Assembly (NCBI GenBank): GCA_903813345.2
Contig: CAIIXF020000001.1
Location: forward strand, 26,412,001 to 26,476,000
Direction of reading: 5' to 3'
DNA: 64,000 bases
Origin: Owenia fusiformis
Taxonomy: Eukaryota
The position numbers and the translations under genes were made by a program. Positions 41,401-51,853 of this stretch are shown here, piece by piece; the stretch's first letter is position 1, and each line of letters begins with the position of its first letter. The notes beneath the pieces are model-generated. The model was not told where the DNA came from. It searched no databases and was given only the letters and a program-made list of their open reading frames with translations.

Positions 41401-44400
41401 ACCATGAGTTAGATGCCAAAATCCAGCAGGGTCTGGTTGAGGAGATGCCACAGGTTAGTGAGGCTTGAAATCATAAATGTCAGGCTAGGGTAAAAATATG
41501 AATTGTTAAACATCCTTCCTAATTCATCTATTTCAATTTTCATGAGAAGATATGGTGCACTTATCATTTTTTTGAAATATTGAACGTGATTCTAGATATT
41601 ACACATATTTTAAAAAAGTACACTATATGTTTTATTATAAGACAGCCTTTGAGAATGTACAAAGATCAAAAACTTCATGCATACATCTTCATCTGCATAC
41701 AAAAAACCCAGATCTTACATATTAGGGTATTAAAGTATTGTATATCTATTGCTATTGTGCATTTTTCATACGTTTCATTTTTATGTGCTCACAGGCCGAA
41801 CTAAAAAACTAAAACCAAAAATTATCAAGAAATCCATATTCATTGTTCATATTTGACTTTCAGTTGCATGCATTGTCAGCAGGTCTGAAAGCTTTTACAA
41901 CTTGGGCATCAAGTTCTGGAATGGAAGTGTGCCGTATGTCTTGTGGGGGTCATGGGTATTCCCAGGCCAGTGGTTTCCCCAAGATTTACACAGATGCAAC
42001 CCCTGGGGTGACATATGAAGGCGAGAACACAGTATTGATGTTACAAGTAGCCAGGTAAGCTCAATTTGTATCAACGTATTCCTTTTTCCCTTTTTCACAC
42101 TATTTTATTTGTGCATAAAGATTATGCAGTAAATCCTTTAATCCTTTAACATTGAATACTGCTGAGACTGGTTAAAAGTGTTCGAATTAGCAGGTGTTCA
42201 CATTTGTTCGAATTAGCAGGTGTTTACATTTTAAGTTTTTTTGCCAAGAGCATGCACATGAAATTAAACATGAAATACTATTTATATTACTTAGATAACT
42301 CTTTTAAAACCAACATCACAATTTTTGCTTCAAACATGACAACGTACAGCAAAAGTGTACATCCGTATATTTTGTCACTGTACCTTGTCAATGGTTTGGC
42401 GTGTGATAGTATTCTCCGATTTTTTCTCCAATCTTATGAATTACACTACATGACTGTAAAAATGGTTTCAGTATACTTTTAACAAATCATTCAAATCTTT
42501 TAGGTATCTGGTGAAGATCTTCAAAGGTGCTAGAAAAGGGACAGAAGAAGCAACAGGATTTGTTTCATATCTGGGGCCGAACTTTTCTCAGGGGGGTCGT
42601 GTAGCAGTCCAAATGACAAGTGCATCAGGGGTGGACATAAACGCAATGGTAGCAGCCTACAGGAGCAGAGCATACAGGTTAATATCACAATTGTTGTTGT
42701 TACTATATTTTTGCTCACAATAGTCATTGTCATTCTCATTTTCTTGTAGTCCTTTGGTTTTTGACTCACACACCATGTTACTTATATTTTTATGTAGATT
42801 CAGGAATTTGTATTGACTCCAAGGTCATAGATCAAGGTGCTGTTAACAAATATTTTAAATCACCAATGCCATCTATTCCCCTTGTGAGCCCAACGAATTG
42901 ACTGCCATTTTAAAGTTATCTAGTTTTTTCATTGTTATTTTTGGACATTTTGTAATCTAAAGAAGGTTGTATATTCAGTGCTCAAAGATAAATGAACGAT
43001 AAAGTCTATATATATTTTTTATATTAAAATGACCATGTCATAATTATGCTTCACTGAATCAAACAAAAAGATTGATGTCAACAATGTTTTTGTTTAATAT
43101 TTTGCTAATCATGCACCAAAGTGCAACTAAGATACATTAAAAACAACTACATGTACCTTAATTCTTCTAACATTTTACTCTATTTCTATTCTTTACAGCC
43201 ACTTTCTGTTTTTTCTGCTATATATGTCACAAAGCTAGTTCTTCGTGATATTAGTGTTCAACCATCTCATTTTTCGAAAGTGGATGAGAAATCTATAATT
43301 TCTAATACATTTAGCTGGCAACCAAATCTTTAAGTGAAATACCAAAACAGGCTATTTAAAACAAAAAATCTATTACAACCAATTTAAGTTCCTGAAATAT
43401 GAAGCTTTGTAAGTTTACCAGGCTGTGCAGTATGAAGATTAATAATTGTTAAAATGTTAATGTCCATGATCAAAGCTCTAGAATCGATGATCTTGTACAG
43501 GTGCTTATATAACAACCTCTATAATGTGCATAACAATTATCACGACTGTGTACATTATTGATTCAGCAGAATTGTACTCTAATATGCCATTAGATTAAAT
43601 ATGACCATGTAGGATCATTTTCTACAGTCTGTAGAGAAATAAATACAACATTACTGTGCTCATAACAACTTGATAACTTTACCATATTATGTTTCAATTT
43701 TACGATTAGACAATTTTTCCAAAGGTACCATCTCATGTACCTTGCAATAGTTCTATACTTGATTTTATTTTGGGGACGCATTTTGTGGTTGGTGAAATAT
43801 TGTTTTGGTAACTAAAAATTTGATTGATAAAAATAATACTTTGGGATGGAAAGATTGATTTAATTATGATAGCCCACTTCCCAATAGAACAAAATTTGAA
43901 AATATTGATTCATCTTTTACTTGATTTTTCATAAAGAAATTTCCATTTACCCCCACCCCTTTACAAAATATAATTGGTTTTTATTTTTCCACATATTGAC
44001 ATTATCCCTGATTCCAGTTCTCATTAATATTTTAGTAGGAAATACCCCCAAAATACCATGAAAACTTATATAAAACATTCTTTAAAGAATATGTAATGTT
44101 GAAACAACAGGTAATACTTCAGAAATGGATTATATGTATAATTTGGAGGAAAAATTTGAGATGGCCCCTAATTATTCATTATACTGATAATACGACATTA
44201 TAAAATAAAATATAAACTATGTAACTAGAGGATGTATATAATGGTGTACGAAATCAATATGTGTTATATCAATCAAGCTAATGTGTATGTTTAGTATAAT
44301 GGTGATCAGATCACCTGATCACATGGATTTGTACTAATAACCACTATATTTTACATTAGTCCCTAGCAACAAACAGTGTGATACGAAACATGGCGGAATC

Positions 44401-47400
44401 AACTGAAGGATCCAATTCGGAAAAAGGTCCCATGACCTACAAATTGATTTTTATTGACTTTTTAAAAACAACTTCCATAAGAGGTCCTCCGAGGATTATT
44501 CGAACAAAGCACAAACTCTGGCGATTGCTTTACAGTTTTATTTTCATGTTTGTATTGGGAACTAATTGCTTCTGTATTTGGACAACTATAGGTGACTATT
44601 TGGCATATCCTGTCATTTCTCAGAGTTACATCATTCATAGTGATATGGTCAGTGATAGGGTGGAACATTTTCCCGATATTACCGTATGTGACATTAATGC
44701 ACCACAACCGCAATATGCTCACCCGAACGGATCTTTGACAGAGCTTGGAATCGAGGCGGAGGTTTTTCTTAGAATGATTTTGACAAACATTGACCAAATA
44801 TTAGGAGGTGAACCAGAGAAGGACTTGAATAAATTAAACATGTATGAACTTGATTTGTTAAGAATTCAGAAAAAGGAGCAATTTCTAATTGAGAACAACA
44901 CACAAGGATTGGAATTGATGGAAATGTTTTACTCAACTAGAGGCTATTTACAACAATACACAAGATCCCAACGTTATCAAATTGGACACAGAAAGGAGGA
45001 TTTTATTGTTGACTGTAAAAGCTTAGACTGGTATGTATCAGATCAGGAGACATGTAATATGACAAGGATTCTCCTCCACCAGGACCTTGGCTTTCCAAAT
45101 CTGAACTGCTACACAATCCAGCTTCAAACCCAGCCATTTGATATGGTAAAAACTAATGGAGTGTCCTTGGTGCTCTTTTTGGGACCGCCTGGGGACTTCT
45201 TACCCGAGGATCCACCTTCTCCCGTGCCACTTGATTCAGGCGCTGTTGTGTACCTACACGAGCACAACACAATGCCTTTTCAGCAGACCAGTTTCAATAT
45301 CCCCGCAGGATTCAAAACCACTGTCCATTTGGATGTATCGAAAGTAATGAAGTTAAAAAACCCCTATAGCACTTGTAGTGACTCCATTGAACTATTGTTT
45401 AAGAATTTAGATGGCGATCCTTATAAATACACACGGGATGCATGTCTTGCAGAGAACATGCAAAAATGCATGATAAAAAATTGTAAATGCATCATTGATG
45501 AGGTACCCGCTATTGAAAATGTTTCATATTGTTTGAAAACTCAGTCAGATTCGAACATAGTAAAAGAAAATATAAAATGCATGAAGAGGATGAAATCCCC
45601 AAAACACATCGCAAATTGTGCATTAGGTGAAATCTGCCTTGATCCATGTGAAAAATACATTTATAAGCCACGATTAAGCCACACTGAATGGCCCCAAGAG
45701 AACAAACAACTTCCTGTGTATAATGAATTCATTCGTGGCGGCCCCCACCAGGTGGTATATCATGAATATGAAGCCCTTCTTTATGAAAACTCACCGAATA
45801 TGACATCATCTGAAAGAATGAACGCTTTGAAACAACTGAATCTCATAAAGGAATCATTTATCAAATTGGATGTGGTTCTGAACTCTAAAGATATTGTGGC
45901 ATTCTCAGACAAACCTTTCTATACAGGGTTAAGTGTATTAAGCGTCATTGCATCTTCATTGATATTTTGGATAGGGTTTACATTTTTCTCATTGATCGAG
46001 ATATTAGAGTGTTTGTTTCACATGGTACTGAGTTGCGTATCGCAAGGTAACAAGAAACCAAGTAGTGTCCATTAAAAGCCTAATGAATAATACAATTGAT
46101 TGTCATGGAGCTTGTGTTATTATGTTTAAACAATTCCATGGAAACAAGATATCAAGAACTTGTCATATAGGCAATTCTATTAACCGAACCATTTACAGAA
46201 TGCATGACATTTAATCACTTTTATGTTCAAGTACCTTTTAACGCAATTAAAAATTTATAGAATTATATTCCATTAGTGCTACACCAATAGTATCATTGTA
46301 CAAAGCATACTCATATTGCATCATATCAGAATTTCAATATCTCCTTTGTTTTACACTCATTGCACTCTAATTTTCAAGCTCTCACAAACTTGATGATGTG
46401 GAGATGCAATGAATAAAAAACTCAGTATGTATTTTATACCAGGTTGATCAATAATTTGCATTACATTTTTACAGTTCTCTACAATTTTAATCTACAATGG
46501 TAATCATGAGTGGTAATCTCATTCTAGACACTGAAAAAACTTGGTTTGAGGAATGTTTTGTATTTTCTTTTAGTTGAGTTTATTGATCAACTTTCTGTAG
46601 GTAGGTATGATACTGTCGTACTATAAATATATGCTGTGGTATCAAGTTTTTGTACAGTTCTATTAATATAGAAATAAAAACTAATACAAATACAGATGTA
46701 CAGAACATGCAGTTATTGGTATTCTTTATTAAACCCTATAGTGTACCAACTTAGGTAGCAACACAATAAGATCAACTGAACTTTATTTTTAAGAAAGTGC
46801 AGTTGCAACAAAAGAAGAGTACATTCTCTTTCTATTGTTTTTAAAGAATGGACACTTACACCCTACTCAACCACTCATCAATTCACTTACCTTTAGTATC
46901 AAGAGTTGAATTGTCAATACAAAAGGAATCAAATTAAATGGATCATGGACCATTTACCTTTCATATGAGCCAGTGTGGGTTTTAGGTTAGGTAAACCATT
47001 CTTACTGGCTCTTAGGAGAATAATGGCCCCAGGCCATTGGCCCTCAGCCATTATTTCACCTTATAGCCAGTACGAATGGTTTATCTATCACTTCATTGTT
47101 GTTTTACATTGGCATAAAATACTGGAAGCTGGAATTTTTGCCAGATTAAAACAATCAAAGGCTTCTCCTGAAATCAAGTAAAAAGCTTTAGATTTTTAAG
47201 AAAATAGGCATAACAATTGCAATGATCGGAGCTGTTTTGTTCAGAAATAATTGGCCAGCGAATCCAAAATGATGTTTTTTGGCAGAAATGTGATGTTTGT
47301 AGCAGGTTTACATTACTATTAACTCTGTTTTGATAGCTCTGTTTTGTTTTGAATGTGATTATGCCTGTAAGTGGCTACATGAAATCATGTTTTTCAAAAT

Positions 47401-49071
47401 AGCTAGCATTTCTGCTTAGACATTTGAGATTTTCTAATGGTCACCAAAATCAAAAGTGTCTTCCTCTGTTTCAGGTTGATAGAAAGTGCATGTGCCAGAG
47501 TGGATGCTCTCACAAAGGGAGGAATGGAGTTTGTGTTTGCTTGGAACAAAACATCAGTGGATCTAGTCAAGTGTGCCACTGTAAGTAATATATCTACAGG
47601 GTGGTGCAGAAATATGGCAACTGCCCTCCCTTAAAGTCATGTTATGTGAATAACAAATATTTCCCTTGGATAAACCCTGTATCTAAAACATCTCAGCAAA
47701 TAACTTTTATAAATGCGAGCCAGAGGGTTGTTATTTGTCAAAAATCAACACTGCATACAGGTTGATTGATAAGCAATGAAATTAGTGCTCTCATTTACAT
47801 TTGTTATTGACCATTCAATCCTGTACTGTTTCTTCACAATGCTATTTGTTGGTATGCTGTACCAATGTATACAATTTGATGCTTTGTTCATTATTTCAGG
47901 CTCATTGCCATTACTTCGTAGTGGATAATTTTTTGACTGGCATAAATTCCCTGGAGTGCGCTCCAGCAATTAGGAAAGTCCTTGGAAACTTGTGTGACTT
48001 GTATGCCTGCTATGGTATTGCTGAAAATTCAGGAGATTTTCTACAGGTATTTCAACTTTGTCTCATTCCTAATATTTTACAGACTCTGGGAGACATTAAA
48101 ACTAGAATCTTGCTTTTTTCATTTTTATTTATTATATTTTTGTTTCATTTTGATGAAAAACATCTGAGTTTTTGAGAATTGTAAATAGTGAATTCTTCTA
48201 TTTTGATTTGTTTGTAATAGTATCAGACTTGTACAAGAGCTTTTAATAAATCGGGTTCAATATTCTCTTGTCAGGGTGAGCACCTATCTGCCAAGCAAAT
48301 ATCTGATGTGCGGGCCAAAATGCTTGACCTACTTGCTGTAATACGTCCTGATGCTGTCAGTCTTGTTGATGCCTTTGATTTCCATGATCGCTTACTTGGT
48401 TCTGTGCTGGGTCGTTATGATGGTCAGGTGTATGAAAACCTCTACAAATACGCTTTGGAGTCTCCACTAAACGACAATGATGTGAGTACAATAGTGTTCT
48501 ATTAAAGCCTCACTATGCAAATTTTGAATATTTTTGGCAAAATAAAGGCTTACCTTTGAACTTCATAGTATTTCCAATGGATTGACAAGTACTTTATCTT
48601 TCATTAGACATCAAAACATGATTCAGTACATGATTCATTTATTTTTATAGAAGTGTTGTCATCTTTTAAATCAAGAGTTATTTCAAAACATGCACTTTCA
48701 AAAATGTGCATGCACTACTAAAGTGCAAATTAAGCTTTGTATCTTATTTGATTGAGTGTGTAAATAACATGTTCCAATGATTGTTTACTCTTTTCCCCTT
48801 CTAAATTACGCATAGTGGGCCTTATACTTTTCTCTTTTCTCCTTCTAAATTACGCATAGTGGGCCTTATACTACTAGTATAGCAATTCTAAGAAATATTA
48901 GAAATTAATATAGAAATTCTAAGAATTATTATTCATCCATTACTTAAATCCTTTTAATGGTTTTTCATTCCAATGACATTATATCGCATAAATTATTTAT
49001 TTATTTACTTCCAGGTCCACGAGTCTTACTATAAATATCTGAAGCCCTTAGCACGAGCTTCCAAGCTTTAG
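32478..49071 (+). CDS. ACOX1: Peroxisomal acyl-CoA oxidase 1, 666 aa
   Basis: [13 protein letters not shown]...; [35 protein letters not shown]; catalytic TYEGEN; PTS1 -SKL*. 14 exons: 32478-32598, 36313-36472, 36776-36936, 37390-37497, 39461-39580, 40065-40180, 40446-40615, 41291-41453, 41864-42054, 42504-42677, 47475-47580, 47900-48046, 48275-48481, 49015-49071; total 2001 nt. Confidence 0.96.
32757..32990 (+). mobile_element. Degenerate tRNA-derived SINE
   Basis: A box TAACTCAGTGG, B box GATTCGATCCC, no proper cloverleaf, (AATAC)n-like tail at ~32975-32990. Confidence 0.55.
33691..34193. mobile_element. Four-arm hairpin element, family 3
   Basis: TTCTTATATGAGTACCTGTGCAAGATCGTCC...GGACGATCTTGCACAGGTACGAGTACAAGAA hairpin (33691-33831, centre GTCGAAGAC), spacer AGTTT, then TTCTCATATGACT...AGTCATATGAGAA. 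Confidence 0.8.
34253..35002. mobile_element. Probable hAT-like MITE
   Basis: CTGCCCTGTCAAC ... GTTGACAGCCCTG imperfect TIR; repeated TCACGCA subterminal motifs; TAATTC in both flanks. Confidence 0.5.
37805..39388 (-). mobile_element. Deleted non-LTR retrotransposon (LINE; C-terminal half of RT plus CCHC region) in ACOX1 intron 4
   Basis: [11 protein letters not shown] motif, [11 protein letters not shown]-terminal [25 protein letters not shown]. The two listed ORFs are one frame split by a single TGA at 38365-38367. AATAAATAAATATACATACAT tail. Candidate TSD AGTGAT. Confidence 0.9.
40887..41395 (+). repeat. Three tandem 169-bp copies of the ACOX1 exon 8 acceptor and exon 5' part
   Basis: AG|TGATCCAGAGCCTCAAAT starts at 40953, 41122 and 41291; only the third copy continues to a GT donor (41454). 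Confidence 0.95.
44390..46075 (+). CDS. Intronless DEG/ENaC (amiloride-sensitive sodium channel superfamily) subunit nested in ACOX1 intron 10
   Basis: 561-aa uninterrupted ORF from ATG 44390. TM1 ([19 protein letters not shown]), [31 protein letters not shown], Cys-rich thumb (CKC...CLDPC), TM2 [23 protein letters not shown]. Confidence 0.9.
   Translation: MAESTEGSNSEKGPMTYKLIFIDFLKTTSIRGPPRIIRTKHKLWRLLYSFIFMFVLGTNCFCIWTTIGDYLAYPVISQSYIIHSDMVSDRVEHFPDITVCDINAPQPQYAHPNGSLTELGIEAEVFLRMILTNIDQILGGEPEKDLNKLNMYELDLLRIQKKEQFLIENNTQGLELMEMFYSTRGYLQQYTRSQRYQIGHRKEDFIVDCKSLDWYVSDQETCNMTRILLHQDLGFPNLNCYTIQLQTQPFDMVKTNGVSLVLFLGPPGDFLPEDPPSPVPLDSGAVVYLHEHNTMPFQQTSFNIPAGFKTTVHLDVSKVMKLKNPYSTCSDSIELLFKNLDGDPYKYTRDACLAENMQKCMIKNCKCIIDEVPAIENVSYCLKTQSDSNIVKENIKCMKRMKSPKHIANCALGEICLDPCEKYIYKPRLSHTEWPQENKQLPVYNEFIRGGPHQVVYHEYEALLYENSPNMTSSERMNALKQLNLIKESFIKLDVVLNSKDIVAFSDKPFYTGLSVLSVIASSLIFWIGFTFFSLIEILECLFHMVLSCVSQGNKKPSSVH
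46988..47088. repeat. ~100-bp hairpin, possible remnant of the four-arm element class
   Basis: TAGGTAAACCATTCTTACTGGCT ... AGCCAGTACGAATGGTTTATCTA with a GC-rich centre GGCCCCAGGCCATTGGCCC. Confidence 0.55.
48784..48872 (+). repeat. Short tandem duplication in the last ACOX1 intron
   Basis: CCTTCTAAATTACGCATAGTGGGCCTTATACT occurs twice in tandem. Confidence 0.8.
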
Positions 49072-50939
49072 GACATGTTCGTCCAGAAAGACCCAAATAA
49101 ATGTGAAAGATTGTATCAAAATGCAATAGCAATGCAATGAACAGAAAACAGATCAAGAAATTACATGTTGATTGTGATGGTTTTCTTGACATGTCTCTGT
49201 ATGTGTGAAATGGAAGCCGTAATTCTCAGCTAAACACCATAAAGCAACATCTACAGATTCTGTTCCACATTGTAGTTTTTTGGGAGACATAAACAAAAGA
49301 TTTAATTTTTTGTTTTGTGGCAGAATATAATTTACATATCAGTATTGTGAGAAAGAATTATAAAATACAATGGCAGGTGAGTTTTTAAATAAAATAAATA
49401 TTTTTAGTGATTATGTAATGGCTTGATAACCATGTTATGAAAAAATCAAATAAAACTAGAAAACTCATTCCTACATGTACTACATGTACAATGGAAACAG
49501 TTAGATATAACAAGTGCGTCACTTCCATAGGAAAAGCATCAACATTTCTTGAATGCCACAGAACAATATAGTACAAGTACAGACTATATACTACCTTGTT
49601 CCTGATATTGTCCCCATCATGAATGGTATTTGGAATATTCAATATGTCAGTAGATTCCTAACTGAAGTTTTACTACCATGTATGCTATGTCAAAGTGCCA
49701 ATGATCAGAACATTCTTGGGAACAAAAAGGCGATTAATTTGCAGTTAAATTGTTAGATTTGATTATTTGTTCTGAGGTTTAGTGTATGGACTGATTATTC
49801 TGGGCCTCGAGGTATTGTGCTTCACACTGACATCTGAAATATGCATGGGACAGGGAAGTATAAAAAACACTTCAAATTTGTTTATTATATTATATAATAT
49901 CAATAGCACTAATATGGGACATTTTGCATTCCAGACAATGATTAATAATTTATCAATGGGTACAATTTATCTTGATATGTCAGGTTATGTTTCTTATGGT
50001 TTTATTATGTAGAATATGTGTAATTTTATTGAAATGTATATATTTGTTATCTATTAAACTGTACATTGTATATGTATACAATTTATATAATGATTGAATG
50101 AACTTCATCAATATTTTGTTTGTTAGCAAAATTAAATTGCCTGTTGTACTTTTAAAAAGTATTTATTGGAATGAGTAAACATTGGAATTTTACATTGTAG
50201 ACTGATTTAATTGCATAATAGGTAATAATAGTGAAGTTAGGGTTGCTATGATAAGCTTAAGATGCTACATTTTTGTGAGCCTTATAAGAGCCATATTTAC
50301 TGAAAACAAAGGAATCATAAACACAACAAGGAAAAGTTAGTTTGATTGTGCTAAAGACATAATACCCTTATACGTGTACATCATTGAAAGATGTGAGGTA
50401 TCGGTGTAACAGTGAGGTAAACGTTACAATGCAGGTCCAGAAATTCTTTCAAAATTATGCAGTTTTTCACCATTTTGAGCACTTTTTGCATGATTTTTTT
50501 TCCAAAACTGCCAAAAAGCTCCCCTCCTTGGCAAAAATACCTCCTTGATAAAACCGCTCCCCCCAGTACTAAAAGTGGGGACATATTGTTATGATCTCCA
50601 ACTTTTTTATTACGGTGGTTTACATCCAGCATGTGCTTGTTAATGCCTTGTTTATTAATTTTGACTAGTGAAATAAATTATGAAATAAAGAATTGCAGTA
50701 TGTAATTGTAAATAAATGAATATCTGTTTGGTTTTTGTTGGAAAACAATATAAATGACACATCCATTCATATATCTATATGTGATAGTATGCCTTTGTTA
50801 CTGTTGTAAACCTACTGAACTCTTAGCATGACCTTGATGTCCCATTAGCAAGCTACATCAACATGATTATTCTGAAGAACTTAAGTATGATTTCACAATT
50901 CATATAACATAGCCCTCAGGGTTTTCATATGACCTTGGC

Positions 50940-51192
50940 TTTACATTGGTATATTCCGTATTTTACACTCGAAGACAGAGCCAGAAACCCCTCATTAGAG
51001 GAGCCCTGTTTTCTTTTTTTGTGCATGGGTACATAGACATACAAGTACACAGCACAGTCTTTTATACTCAGCCAAACACCCAGAATTACATAACGCACAA
51101 ACAAACTTGTCTGAACCGGGAATCGAACCCAGGGCCAAGCAATAGTGGTAACCTTGACTCTGACTTGACTCGCCACTGAGCCATAGCGGGTG
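50940..51192 (-). mobile_element. tRNA-derived SINE
   Basis: On the minus strand: A box TGGCTCAGTGG and B box GGTTCGATTCC with non-tRNA spacing, followed by a body; 3' boundary approximate. Confidence 0.55.
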
Positions 51193-51853
51193 GACTACAA
51201 CTGGACTTCTTAATGTGGCTTTGGGTCAACCTTATATAGTTGTTTGTGTATACAACAATTATAATATGGTCAATCTACCATTTTACCCATAGAAAATACT
51301 CAACAAGCATAATTTTATGAAAATATGAAATAACAGATACTGAATTAATTTAATCCAATCCCATATACCACTGTTGATTGTGCAGGTGACCTTGACCTAT
51401 AAATATGATAGTGAACTTTTATGCACTCAATTTAGTTTTGACCTCCAAACCTAAAAATGGATTATTGTTGTGTCAATGCCAGCTTTGAGGCCAACCTGTT
51501 ATATGTTCGAACCTACCCATGGCCCCATTTCTAGATCAAGGTCACCAGAAAGATCAAAGAATGGGGATAACATATGAAAGTGAAAAAGAAACCAGTTTTT
51601 GACTTTCTAATCTGTTTATGTAATCTTTATTCTAAAAAGATATAGCAAATGTCGCTTTTCAATTCAATTCCAATTTCAACACAATAAGATGATATTGCAT
51701 TACTTCAATATGATTTCCATTACACAAAACTGTGTAAAATTTAAAGATGAGTATTAAAAGGTCCAGGATTGTGTGCCCTAAATGTTCCTCCATGTTCTAG
51801 TGTGTCATTACTATTCCTCTATGTTGCAATCTAGAACCAATATGTGTGTATCT

